NCBI GenBank assembly: GCA_024231855.1
Contig: JAAEQD010000223.1
Span: 6,042-38,041 of the forward strand
DNA from: Candidatus Zixiibacteriota bacterium
GTDB taxonomy: Bacteria > Zixibacteria > MSB-5A5 > UBA10806 > 4484-95
Direction of reading: 5' to 3'
DNA: 32,000 nucleotides
Within the stretch, counting starts at the first letter, position 1. Each line of letters opens with the position of its first letter. Position numbers and translations under genes: made by a program. Below are positions 8,659 to 17,315 of the stretch, one piece after another. The notes under the pieces are model-generated. The model was not told the DNA's origin. It made no database searches and saw only the letters and a list, made by a program, of their open reading frames with translations.

Positions 8659-9007
8659 TCACTCAGCCTTTGCGGTTTTCCTCTTTTTCTTTTTGGTTTT
8701 CTCTTTGCTATTCCCGGATATCAACATATCTGAGACATCCTCACTCTTTTTTGTCTTTTGATATTTTTCCATCAAACCAGTCTGTCTGAAGAGGCTGGCA
8801 ACGGTATCGGAAACCTCGGCTCCCTCGTCAAGATGATGGTAGATCCTTTCTTCTTCAAACTTAATCGTGCCGGCTTCTCAACCGGATTATACCAGCCAAG
8901 GATTTCAATAAACCTTCCGTCTCGAGCTTTGCGGGAATCGATCGCTACAATCCGGTAGAACGGCCGTTTCTTGGCCCCCATTCTCCGCAGTCTAATTTTG
9001 AGTGATA
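8659..9007 (-). pseudogene. rpsP: ribosomal protein S16 gene with a 1-nt deletion frameshift and no canonical start codon
   Basis: The listed ORF (8772-8981) gives [38 protein letters not shown] and then nonsense. The S16 continuation [36 protein letters not shown]...AKAE* lies in the -1 frame from about 8868 (ccggcacgatt where ccggcNacgatt is expected). Upstream, the conserved SLKIRLRR is in frame, but the codon after the TAA is GTA, not GTG or ATG. Confidence 0.7.
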
Positions 9008-9149
9008 CTTATATATCTCGCAAAAAACGAGGCCGCTGGATGTTATTTCAATGGTCTTTTTATATCCCCAATAGCAAACTTGTTGTCATATGGTTGTCAC
9101 GCCCTATACCATGTCCTCTATGATTCCCCGTAACCTATTGCGGGATATA

Positions 9150-9223
9150 TAGCGGCGCAGGGACTTGAACCCCGGACACGTGGATTATGATTCCACTGCT
9201 CTAACCAGCTGAGCTACGCCGCC
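9150..9223 (-). tRNA. tRNA-Met (anticodon CAT; elongator Met versus lysidine-modified Ile2 cannot be told apart by eye)
   Basis: Minus strand: GGCGGCG TA GCTC AGCTGGTTA GAGC A GTGGA ATCATAA TCCAC GTGTC CGGGG TTCAAGT CCCTG CGCCGCT A. This is a full cloverleaf with a G1-U72 wobble and no encoded CCA. Confidence 0.9.
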
Positions 9224-9392
9224 ATCAAAGCCTTAATTTATTCGGCAGTTTGCGTTTGTCAAGAATTTCTTTTATTGTATCGGCATTAATCTTGACTTAT
9301 TTCATTAATATGTTATCATATAATAAGGTGTATAACTCGTTATGCCCCAATTAAAAATCGCATATTTTCAGGACCGAGCCCAGGAGGTTGCT

Positions 9393-10847
9393 ATGAATAA
9401 GGATAATAAGGCAAAGATTAACCGTACCGGTTTATCTAGGCGTAAGTTTTTGGGCCTGGCCGCGGCCGGATCGGCATTGTCCATGGCGAATCCATCGGCC
9501 CTTCTGGCCCGCAGCGCTCCGGCACCAATAAATCCGGTTCTGACCGATTATGTCGGGCGTTTATGCTATAATGAAAACCCCCTTGGGCCGTCACCGATGG
9601 CCATTCAGGCCATGTCCGATGATCTCGATATGAGCCATCGCTACCCCGACTGGTTCGCCGAGTCTCTGAAGGGCGATTTGGCCGATATTCATGATGTTTC
9701 TGATAACAATGTGATTGCCGGCTGTGGCGCCACCGAGATTCTTCGGCTGTGTGCCTTCGCTTTCGCCGAATCAAACGGCAATGTGGTCGCGCCCAATCCA
9801 TCCTATAGCCAATTCCCGGCCGATGCCGGTTTCCTTGGCTCTGATGTGTATTATTCAAGCCTCAATGATGACCACCGGATTGATCTCAATGATATGGCCG
9901 ATCGGGTTGATAACGACACGACCGCGGTTTGTATAACCAACCCTAATAATCCGACCGCTACTGTTTTAGCCGCCGATGATATCGAAGCGTTTGTCGATGA
10001 CCTTCCGCAGGGCGTAGTGACGATTATCGATGAGGCGTATCATGATTTCGTGGATGACCCGAATTACGAATCGGCTATCGATCTGGTCAGAAGAGGCAAA
10101 AATGTCGTTGTAATCCGAACGTTCTCAAAAGCCTATGGACTGGCGGGCGCGCGAATCGGTTACGGTATCGGCAGGCAAAGTCGGATAAATGATATGCGCG
10201 CCTGGCAAATCTTCTCGACTGTCTCCCGCCCGTCTCTCAATGCCTCCCGGGCGGCGCTAGATGATATTGACCACATCAACGACACGGTAACACTGAATAA
10301 TCAGGCTAAGCAGTATTGTTTCGGCTATTTTGATCTTTGGGGGCTAAGTTATATACCATCGCAAACCAACTTCTTCATGGTAGCCACCGAAATGGATAAT
10401 TCGGACCTTGCCGCCGCTTTATCATCCAGGGACTTCTATGTCAGGTATGGCTGGGGGATGGATCATCATATAAGGGTTTCCACCGGTACGATGGAGGAGA
10501 TGGAGGGATTTATCGATGCCATGTATGATATCCTGAACCAGGTGCATGCCGGCGGCTATACTATACCGCTTGTGACCGCTCTCGATGGCAATTACCCAAA
10601 TCCATTTAACAGCACAACCCGAATATCGTATTCGATAGCCAAATCCGGCCAGGTGAAAATTCAGATTTTCAATATCCGCGGCCAGCTGGTGAAAACCGTT
10701 GTCGATAGCTATCTGCTAGCCGGCAAACACGCTTTCGAATGGAGCGGCATCAATCAGCAGGGCGCGCCGGTGGCCTCGGGATCATATTTTTACCGGATGA
10801 CCGCAGGCGATTTCGCGCAGACCCGGCGGATGATTTTGGTGAAGTAG
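9393..10847 (+). CDS. HisC-family PLP aminotransferase with twin-arginine signal peptide and T9SS-type C-terminal sorting domain
   Basis: The preferred start is ATG 9393 (AGGAGG at 9381-9386) rather than the track start 9342. N-terminus: MNKDNKAKINRTGLSRRKFLGLAAAGSALSMANPSALLA (Tat motif SRRxFLG). Core: YNENPLGPSP...TNPNNPT...RTFSKAYGLAGARIGYG. The C-terminal ~85 aa, YPNPFNSTTRISYSI...VKIQIFNIRGQLVKTV...GSYFYRMTAGDFAQTRRMILVK, match the T9SS type-A CTD pattern. Confidence 0.85.
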   Translation: MNKDNKAKINRTGLSRRKFLGLAAAGSALSMANPSALLARSAPAPINPVLTDYVGRLCYNENPLGPSPMAIQAMSDDLDMSHRYPDWFAESLKGDLADIHDVSDNNVIAGCGATEILRLCAFAFAESNGNVVAPNPSYSQFPADAGFLGSDVYYSSLNDDHRIDLNDMADRVDNDTTAVCITNPNNPTATVLAADDIEAFVDDLPQGVVTIIDEAYHDFVDDPNYESAIDLVRRGKNVVVIRTFSKAYGLAGARIGYGIGRQSRINDMRAWQIFSTVSRPSLNASRAALDDIDHINDTVTLNNQAKQYCFGYFDLWGLSYIPSQTNFFMVATEMDNSDLAAALSSRDFYVRYGWGMDHHIRVSTGTMEEMEGFIDAMYDILNQVHAGGYTIPLVTALDGNYPNPFNSTTRISYSIAKSGQVKIQIFNIRGQLVKTVVDSYLLAGKHAFEWSGINQQGAPVASGSYFYRMTAGDFAQTRRMILVK

Positions 10848-10969
10848 GATTTTGTCACGAGTCTTGAGTTACTGGCTTTCTAATTTATAATTAATATACG
10901 AACTCTTTAAATCTGGCTATTATTAAAGTATACCCCTGAGGAATTCGGGTAACCGTATAGAATCAGCTA

Positions 10970-11281
10970 TCATACATCCTCCACGAATATCACTTTCACC
11001 GATTTGGTTAAGGCGCGTCCCTTATGTTTATGCTCTTCGCCACCGGGAATAAACACTCCATCGCCGGATTTATATACCTGCTTTTCATTCTGGAATTCGA
11101 TCTCAAACTCACCTTCGAGGACAAGGCCATAATGGCCTTTTTCACACCAATGCGGCGGCATCATCTTTGTATATTCGATCAAACGCATCTGTTTGCTGTC
11201 ATGTTTAATGATTTTACACTTTACGCCTTCCATCGGTTGTTCCCATTCAACATCATCGAAATCGACTTTATATTGTAGCAT
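10970..11281 (-). CDS. cupin-domain protein
   Basis: The start was moved to ATG 11281 (AAGGAG 6 nt upstream) from the track TTG at 11305. Cupin-like motifs: HWCEKGHYGLVLEGEFEIEF...GDGVFIPGGEEHKH. Confidence 0.7.
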   Translation of the reverse strand: MLQYKVDFDDVEWEQPMEGVKCKIIKHDSKQMRLIEYTKMMPPHWCEKGHYGLVLEGEFEIEFQNEKQVYKSGDGVFIPGGEEHKHKGRALTKSVKVIFVEDV

Positions 11282-11460
11282 AGCAGCTCCTTGGTTATAG
11301 CTCAATCCGTATTATATGGTATAGCGATAATCATCTAAAAGCAAGTGGTCACTCTCGAAATCGACCCTGGAAATCCTTAAAAACACCTGCTATCCGCTGC
11401 AATAGTATTTTTTTAACAAATCACTTTCTTAACAAAAAAATTCATATATATTCACCTGCT

Positions 11461-13710
11461 ATGTATGATGAACATATTAAAGGATTAAATTCCTCTCAGC
11501 AGCAAGCGGTTCAACATGGCGAAGGACCGTTATTGGTTTTAGCCGGCGCTGGGTCCGGCAAAACCCGGGTGATCACGCATAGAATCGCCCATCTAATAAC
11601 CAACGGCAAAGCCCGGGCCGATAGAATTCTGGGTGTTACTTTCACCAACAAGGCCGCCGGCGAGATGAAGGAACGAGTTATCAACCTTCTGGGCGATGTC
11701 GGCAAGTACGTCTGGCTGTCGACATTTCATTCGTTTTGCGCCCGGCTTTTACGTCAGCATGCCGAGATGCTGGGCTACAAGCGCGATTTCACGATATACG
11801 ATTCCGCCGACAGCGGCGCTTTAATCAAACGTATAATCAAAGACCTGGGTTTGCCAGAAAATCAACCATCCCCGGGGCAGGCCCAGAACGCGATCTCGAA
11901 AGCCAAGGATAAGCTGATCTCTCCGCAGGAGTTTCTCGAATCCGCCGATGATTACATTATCCAAAATATCGCCCTGGTTTATCAGCAGTACCAACGTCAA
12001 CTGAAAAGAAACAACGCCCTGGATTTCGATGATTTATTATTCGCCACAGTAGTTCTTTTAGAGAAATTTCCGAAGGTGACAGCGTATTACAACAGTAAAT
12101 TCCAATACCTTCTGGTGGATGAATATCAGGATACCAATCACACCCAATATCGATTGGTGAAACTTCTGGCCGGTGAGCGCAAAAATGTCTGCGTGGTCGG
12201 CGATGATGATCAATCGATCTATGGCTGGCGCGGCGCCGATATCAGCAATATTCTCAATTTCGAATCTGATTTCCCCGGCTGCAAAGTAGTCAAGCTGGAG
12301 CAGAATTACCGGTCGACCGATGTCATACTCGAGGCGGCTTACGAGGTAATCCGTAAAAATAAAAGCCGCAAGGCCAAGAAACTGTTTACCGATCAAACCG
12401 GCGGCGATTATATCACCTTGATGATGTGCGGCGACGAACGAGACGAGTCCGGTGTAATCGCCACAAAAATTCAATACGCCCTGTCTCAGGATAAGAGCCC
12501 CTCCGATTTCGCCGTGATGTATCGAACCCACTCACAGTCGCGTTCAATTGAGGATGCCTTGAGGGATTCAGGAATTCCGTATATAATTGTCGGCGGTACC
12601 CGGTTTTATGAGCGCAAGGAGATCAAAGACGTTGTCGCCTACCTGCGACTTCTGGTAAATCCCGCCGATACCGAATCGCTGGTAAGAATTATCAATGTGC
12701 CCAGGCGAGGCGTGGGCAAGGTTTCAGTCGACAAGCTTTTAAAAGCCGCCAATGAGCAAAATATACCGGCTTTCGATCTGCTTAGCCAGGCGGATACGGT
12801 TGGTATCAAGGGCAAAACCGCCGCCGAATTGAATAAACTCTATGAAACGCTGACAGCCTTATCGGCTAGGCTGGATGAGCTGCCCCCCAATGATCTTGTC
12901 GCCAGATTGATCGATAAAAGCGGCTATCTGGCGATGCTGGAAAAAGAGGATACGCCCGAAGCCGATGTTCGAATCGAGAACGTAAAGGAGTTGGTAAACG
13001 CGGTCATAGCATTTATGGTCAGGATTGAAGAAGAGCAGGAGGAGGATCAGAATCCTACCCTGGGCGGTTTTCTTGAGGAGGTCGCTTTAATCAGCGAAAT
13101 CGACAATTGGAATAACAAGGATTCGGCTGTCGTACTGATGTCACTTCACGCGGCCAAGGGCCTTGAATTCGATACGGTTTTCCTCACCGGCATGGAACAG
13201 GGGCTATTCCCCATGATCCGCGAAACATTACTTCATTCTCCCGACAAGGAAATGGAGGAGGAACGCCGTCTCTGTTATGTTGGCATAACTCGCGCCCGCA
13301 TGAAACTGTATCTGTCGATGGCTGGCTTCAGACGTCGCTTTGATGGCGGTAATATTACATCGCCATCAAGTTTCCTAAACGATATCCCGGAAAATCTCCT
13401 CGAGGTCGAGCAGTTCAACTATTACAATAACGGTGCCGCCAGAAACGTAACCAATAGTTATAAGTCGAATTATTCCAATAATTACAAAAAGAAGTCGCAA
13501 GCCTACAAGGAAGATATCTATCCCGATTACGAGGATGAAAGCGACGATATCCTGAAAATCGGCATGACCGTATCACATAATAAATTCGGCGTAGGCAAAA
13601 TTGTCGATAAAGAGGGCAGCGGCGAGGCCATGATGCTGACTATTAAATTTGGTGGCGGCACGAAGAAAATAATGCCCAAGTACGCGGCCATTGAGGTTCT
13701 GGGAACCTGA
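11461..13710 (+). CDS. pcrA: ATP-dependent DNA helicase, PcrA/UvrD family (SF1A)
   Basis: 749 aa. Motifs: Walker A AGAGSGKT, VDEYQDTN, GDDDQSIYGWRGA, QNYRS, and VGITRA near the C-terminus, followed by a Tudor-like tail. Confidence 0.93.
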   Translation: MYDEHIKGLNSSQQQAVQHGEGPLLVLAGAGSGKTRVITHRIAHLITNGKARADRILGVTFTNKAAGEMKERVINLLGDVGKYVWLSTFHSFCARLLRQHAEMLGYKRDFTIYDSADSGALIKRIIKDLGLPENQPSPGQAQNAISKAKDKLISPQEFLESADDYIIQNIALVYQQYQRQLKRNNALDFDDLLFATVVLLEKFPKVTAYYNSKFQYLLVDEYQDTNHTQYRLVKLLAGERKNVCVVGDDDQSIYGWRGADISNILNFESDFPGCKVVKLEQNYRSTDVILEAAYEVIRKNKSRKAKKLFTDQTGGDYITLMMCGDERDESGVIATKIQYALSQDKSPSDFAVMYRTHSQSRSIEDALRDSGIPYIIVGGTRFYERKEIKDVVAYLRLLVNPADTESLVRIINVPRRGVGKVSVDKLLKAANEQNIPAFDLLSQADTVGIKGKTAAELNKLYETLTALSARLDELPPNDLVARLIDKSGYLAMLEKEDTPEADVRIENVKELVNAVIAFMVRIEEEQEEDQNPTLGGFLEEVALISEIDNWNNKDSAVVLMSLHAAKGLEFDTVFLTGMEQGLFPMIRETLLHSPDKEMEEERRLCYVGITRARMKLYLSMAGFRRRFDGGNITSPSSFLNDIPENLLEVEQFNYYNNGAARNVTNSYKSNYSNNYKKKSQAYKEDIYPDYEDESDDILKIGMTVSHNKFGVGKIVDKEGSGEAMMLTIKFGGGTKKIMPKYAAIEVLGT

Positions 13711-13906
13711 TGTCTGTTAATATCTTATAATAATTCAACCGATTTGCTTTAGATGCGAATCGGGGAAAATTATATACTTAAAGGATACTCGGTCGATAAT
13801 TAAATTATTGGAATTTGAGAAAATCTTGGCGGTTAGAATGTAGGTACGACTGAATAAACAGACCAACCCTTGATTTTTAATCCAAAATAGATTATTTAGA
13901 TATACT

Positions 13907-16576
13907 ATGAAATCGCATGAAATAAGACAAGCTTTTCTGGATTACTTCGAAAAGAACGATCACCGGGTGGTTAAATCCTCGCCGGTGGTCCCCTTGGATG
14001 ATCCAACGCTTTTGTTCACCAACGCCGGGATGGTGCAATTCAAGAACACTTTCCTGGGCGTCGAGAAGCGCGATTATTCCCGCGCCACATCATCACAAAA
14101 ATGTATCCGGGCCGGCGGCAAACATAACGACCTGGATAATGTCGGCTTCACAGCCCGCCATCAAACATTTTTCGAGATGCTGGGCAATTTCTCATTCGGC
14201 GATTATTTCAAGGAAGAGGCGATCCATTTCGCCTGGGAGTTCGTGGTCAAGGTGATGGGTTTCGATCCATCACGCCTTTATGCCACCGTCTACACCGATG
14301 ATGATGACGCTGAGAAACTGTGGAAAAAAGTCGCGCCGGAGCTGGGTGACCGAGTTTTACGATTCGGCGAGAAAGATAATTTCTGGTCGATGGGGGAGAC
14401 CGGCCCTTGCGGCCCCTGTTCAGAACTTCATTACGACCGCGGCGAGGGTATACCCGGCGAATTAAACGGCGAGGGTGACCGGTACATGGAAATCTGGAAT
14501 CTCGTCTTCATGCAGTATAACCGCGATGACGCCGGCAAAATGACGCCTCTGCCTAAGCCGTCAGTTGATACAGGCGCCGGGCTGGAGCGTTTCTGTATGA
14601 TAATGCAGAATGTCGATTCCAATTACTCAACCGACCTGTTCGCGCCGCTTCTGAAGAAAGTTATCGATCTATCCGGCAAACCCTATGATTCCGGTCCTGA
14701 TGGCGTATCCCATCGAGTGATCGCCGACCATGTGCGGGCGCTTACGTTCGCGTTGGCTGATAACGCCAATATCTCAAATGAGGGGCGTGGCTATGTGCTC
14801 AGGCGGATACTTCGACGGGCCGCCCGGTATGGCCATCAGATCGGCTTAACCGAGCCGTTCGTATATAAAATCGTGCAGCCGCTGGTTGATTTCATGGGGA
14901 ACGTGTTCCCGGAGATCAAAGCTCAGCGCGGTCATATCGAGCTGGTTATCAAAACCGAGGAGGAGCAATTCTCACGCACGCTTGAAACCGGGATCGCCCG
15001 CTTCGAGGATATCGCGTCGAAAGCCGATAAGGTAATTCCCGGTGAAGTTGTTTTCAAGCTATATGATACTTATGGTTTTCCGGCTGATTTGACAGAGATA
15101 ATGGCGCATGAGAAAGGTTATGAGATTGACTGGCCTGGATTTAATAAAGAGTTGAAGGAACAACAGGAGAGAAGTAAAGATTTTCGTCAAGCAAAAGAAA
15201 GTTTGATTGAGAAAGTAGGATTTAGAAGACAAATCGGAGATCCGGAAAAACAACAAACAAATTTGAGCACATTTAGGGGTTACGATCTCGAAACATTGCC
15301 GACAACTGTTTGGTACATCGAGAATGTTGAAGGATCAGAAGTTATCGTATTAGAAGAAACTCCTTTTTATGCTGAAGAAGGTGGCCAAGTAAGTGACAAA
15401 GGGCAAATATTTAACGATTCATTAAAATTTGAAATTGAAGAGGTTGTAAAAGGACCGGATAATGAAATCTATCATTTAGGGAAATTGATAGAAGGCAATT
15501 TACCGAATAATGACAGATTCTCTGTTACCGCAGAAATCGATCACGCCCGCCGGGCCGATATCAAGTGTAACCATACCGCTACTCACCTTCTCCAGAAAGC
15601 CCTGCGCATGGTGTTGGGCGATCATGTCCACCAATCTGGTTCAGCAGTGCATCCAGATAGATTCCGATTCGATTTTACTCATTTCAAGGCGATGACTCCC
15701 GATGAGATCAATGAGGTAGAGGCTATAGTAAAAGATAAGATTAAAAGCGGTTTGAAGGTGTTTACGCCTGAAAATGATGATTCTTTAAAAGGTCTTACTG
15801 TAGATAAAGCAATAGCGATGGGGGCGATGGCTTTATTCGGCGAGAAATACGGCGATGAAGTCCGGGTGGTCAAAACCGGTGATTTCTCGATGGAACTCTG
15901 CGGCGGCACGCATGTTGACAACACCGCCGATATCGGCCGTTTCTTTATCATTATCGAAACCGCTATAGCCGCCGGTACCCGGCGAATTGAGGCTATAACC
16001 GGCACCAAAGCCGATGAGTTTTTCCAGAGCCAGGCTGCCGATATTGCTGAATTGGAAAAACATCTCGAACATAAGCCAGAAGAGGGGGACTCAAAAACCT
16101 CAGCCCGCGTTAAAGAATTGCAGGGGAAAATCCATCCCCGGATGCTAGTAAAGGAAAATCTCGATTCGAAATTGAATGATTATTTGGATAAGATTAAGAA
16201 ACTGGGTAAAGCGAAATTAAAGGAAATAGAAAAAGAAATATGGGAAAAAGTTACTAGAGACCCAGATCTTAAGTTAAAATCAGAGAATTGGGAACTGTTT
16301 GTTTTCATCATTGAAAACGCAACACCCCAGGAATTAATGGTTTCTGTAGATATTTATAAGACAAGTTATAGAGATAAAACGATTTTGACAATTTCATCTA
16401 CTGATGGTAAATTTGCTATCACCGCGCCGGAGTCTGGTTTTGCCAATGAAGTCAAGGATCTGTTGGTCTCTTGCGCCGGTGCTCGTGGCGGCGGCAAACC
16501 GACTATCAGGGGCGCTATGCCTAAAGATAAAATAACTGATGCCCTGGAAGGCTTGAAAGAGAAGTATTCCGCATGA
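13907..16576 (+). CDS. alaS: alanine--tRNA ligase
   Basis: 889 aa. Motifs: FTNAGMVQFK, RAGGKHNDLDNVG, GNFSFGDYFK, WSMGETGPCGPCSE, the editing-domain HTATHLL and CGGTHV, and a C-terminal DHHA1-like tail. Confidence 0.97.
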   Translation: MKSHEIRQAFLDYFEKNDHRVVKSSPVVPLDDPTLLFTNAGMVQFKNTFLGVEKRDYSRATSSQKCIRAGGKHNDLDNVGFTARHQTFFEMLGNFSFGDYFKEEAIHFAWEFVVKVMGFDPSRLYATVYTDDDDAEKLWKKVAPELGDRVLRFGEKDNFWSMGETGPCGPCSELHYDRGEGIPGELNGEGDRYMEIWNLVFMQYNRDDAGKMTPLPKPSVDTGAGLERFCMIMQNVDSNYSTDLFAPLLKKVIDLSGKPYDSGPDGVSHRVIADHVRALTFALADNANISNEGRGYVLRRILRRAARYGHQIGLTEPFVYKIVQPLVDFMGNVFPEIKAQRGHIELVIKTEEEQFSRTLETGIARFEDIASKADKVIPGEVVFKLYDTYGFPADLTEIMAHEKGYEIDWPGFNKELKEQQERSKDFRQAKESLIEKVGFRRQIGDPEKQQTNLSTFRGYDLETLPTTVWYIENVEGSEVIVLEETPFYAEEGGQVSDKGQIFNDSLKFEIEEVVKGPDNEIYHLGKLIEGNLPNNDRFSVTAEIDHARRADIKCNHTATHLLQKALRMVLGDHVHQSGSAVHPDRFRFDFTHFKAMTPDEINEVEAIVKDKIKSGLKVFTPENDDSLKGLTVDKAIAMGAMALFGEKYGDEVRVVKTGDFSMELCGGTHVDNTADIGRFFIIIETAIAAGTRRIEAITGTKADEFFQSQAADIAELEKHLEHKPEEGDSKTSARVKELQGKIHPRMLVKENLDSKLNDYLDKIKKLGKAKLKEIEKEIWEKVTRDPDLKLKSENWELFVFIIENATPQELMVSVDIYKTSYRDKTILTISSTDGKFAITAPESGFANEVKDLLVSCAGARGGGKPTIRGAMPKDKITDALEGLKEKYSA

Positions 16577-17310
16577 CCGTATATCAAAAGCTTTTAGACA
16601 TACGCGAACAGAAGGGCTGCGGCTTTCTGGTCCTTCTCGATCCTGACCGCAAATCACCGGAGGCTCTGGCTGAGTACGTACAGCAGTGCGAAAAAGCCGG
16701 CGTGGATGCTTTCCTGTTTGGCTCATCGCTGATGATCGCCAACCATTTCGAAGCCACTCTGAAGACTATAAAGCAGGCCACTGATAAGCCGGTAATCATA
16801 TTTCCCGGTTCCTCCTCGATGGTCAGCGAGTATGCCGACGCGATTCTTTTCTTATCGTTAATTTCCGGTCGCAATCCCAATCTTCTAATCGATGAGCATG
16901 TCAAATCCGCGCCCATTATAAAGATGATGAATCTCGAAGCTATCCCTACCGCTTACATGCTGATCGAATCGGGTGTGCTGACATCGGTTTCCTACATGTC
17001 CAACACTTTGCCGATTCCGCGAAATAAATCAGATATAGCCTGTGCTCATGCTTTGGCAGGCCAATATCTGGGCATGAAGCTTATCTATTTGGAGGCCGGC
17101 TCCGGAGCCGAAAAACCGGTGCCCCTGGATATGATTACCAAAGTCAGCGAATACGTGGATATCCCGGTAATTGTCGGCGGCGGTATCACGGATGTTCAGT
17201 ATGCCGGGGAGGTCGCGCGAGCCGGGGCTTCATACGTTATTATAGGTAACGCGCTTGAAAATTCGCCGGACATGGTCGGTAAATTCGCCCGCGCGGTTCA
17301 TCAAAGATAA
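16573..17310 (+). CDS. PcrB/GGGPS-family (hepta)prenyl- or geranylgeranyl-glyceryl phosphate synthase
   Basis: 245 aa. Motifs: GFLVLLDPD, FLFGSS, IIFPGS, YLEAGSGA and VGGGI, a TIM-barrel pattern typical of the family. ATG 16573 overlaps the alaS TGA (ATGA at 16573-16576). Confidence 0.85.
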   Translation: MTVYQKLLDIREQKGCGFLVLLDPDRKSPEALAEYVQQCEKAGVDAFLFGSSLMIANHFEATLKTIKQATDKPVIIFPGSSSMVSEYADAILFLSLISGRNPNLLIDEHVKSAPIIKMMNLEAIPTAYMLIESGVLTSVSYMSNTLPIPRNKSDIACAHALAGQYLGMKLIYLEAGSGAEKPVPLDMITKVSEYVDIPVIVGGGITDVQYAGEVARAGASYVIIGNALENSPDMVGKFARAVHQR

Positions 17311-17315
17311 ATATT

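Larger units (their letters stand above)
4490..9192. mobile_element. 4.7-kb segment B bracketed by the 43-bp tRNA-Met direct repeats (integrase-less insert or tandem island module)
   Basis: Perfect 43-bp direct repeats at both ends, one of them inside the intact tRNA-Met. The segment holds an AT-rich three-gene cassette, non-coding DNA and a decayed rpsP-KH-rimM copy. No recombinase gene lies inside it. Confidence 0.5.

Noticed and set aside
8860-8880. The rpsP frame change as a programmed -1 ribosomal frameshift
   Set aside because: There is no slippery X XXY YYZ heptamer or downstream structure at the site. The same gene also lacks a start codon, and the neighbouring rimM carries independent lesions. 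Decay or sequencing error is therefore more likely.
9436-9858. 140-aa minus-strand ORF (Arg/His/Pro-rich) inside the exported aminotransferase gene
   Set aside because: Its composition is typical of the antisense frame of a GC-rich gene, and it overlaps a confidently assigned CDS.
12058-12531. 157-aa minus-strand ORF inside pcrA
   Set aside because: It is antisense to a well-supported helicase gene with all SF1 motifs. It has no RBS and no recognisable content, so it is a shadow ORF.
13711-13906. Possible leader or riboswitch upstream of alaS
   Set aside because: Only a weak hairpin (ccgatt...aatcgg) without a T run and a loose promoter-like TTGATT-17-TATTTA were seen. Nothing resembles a T-box or another known leader.
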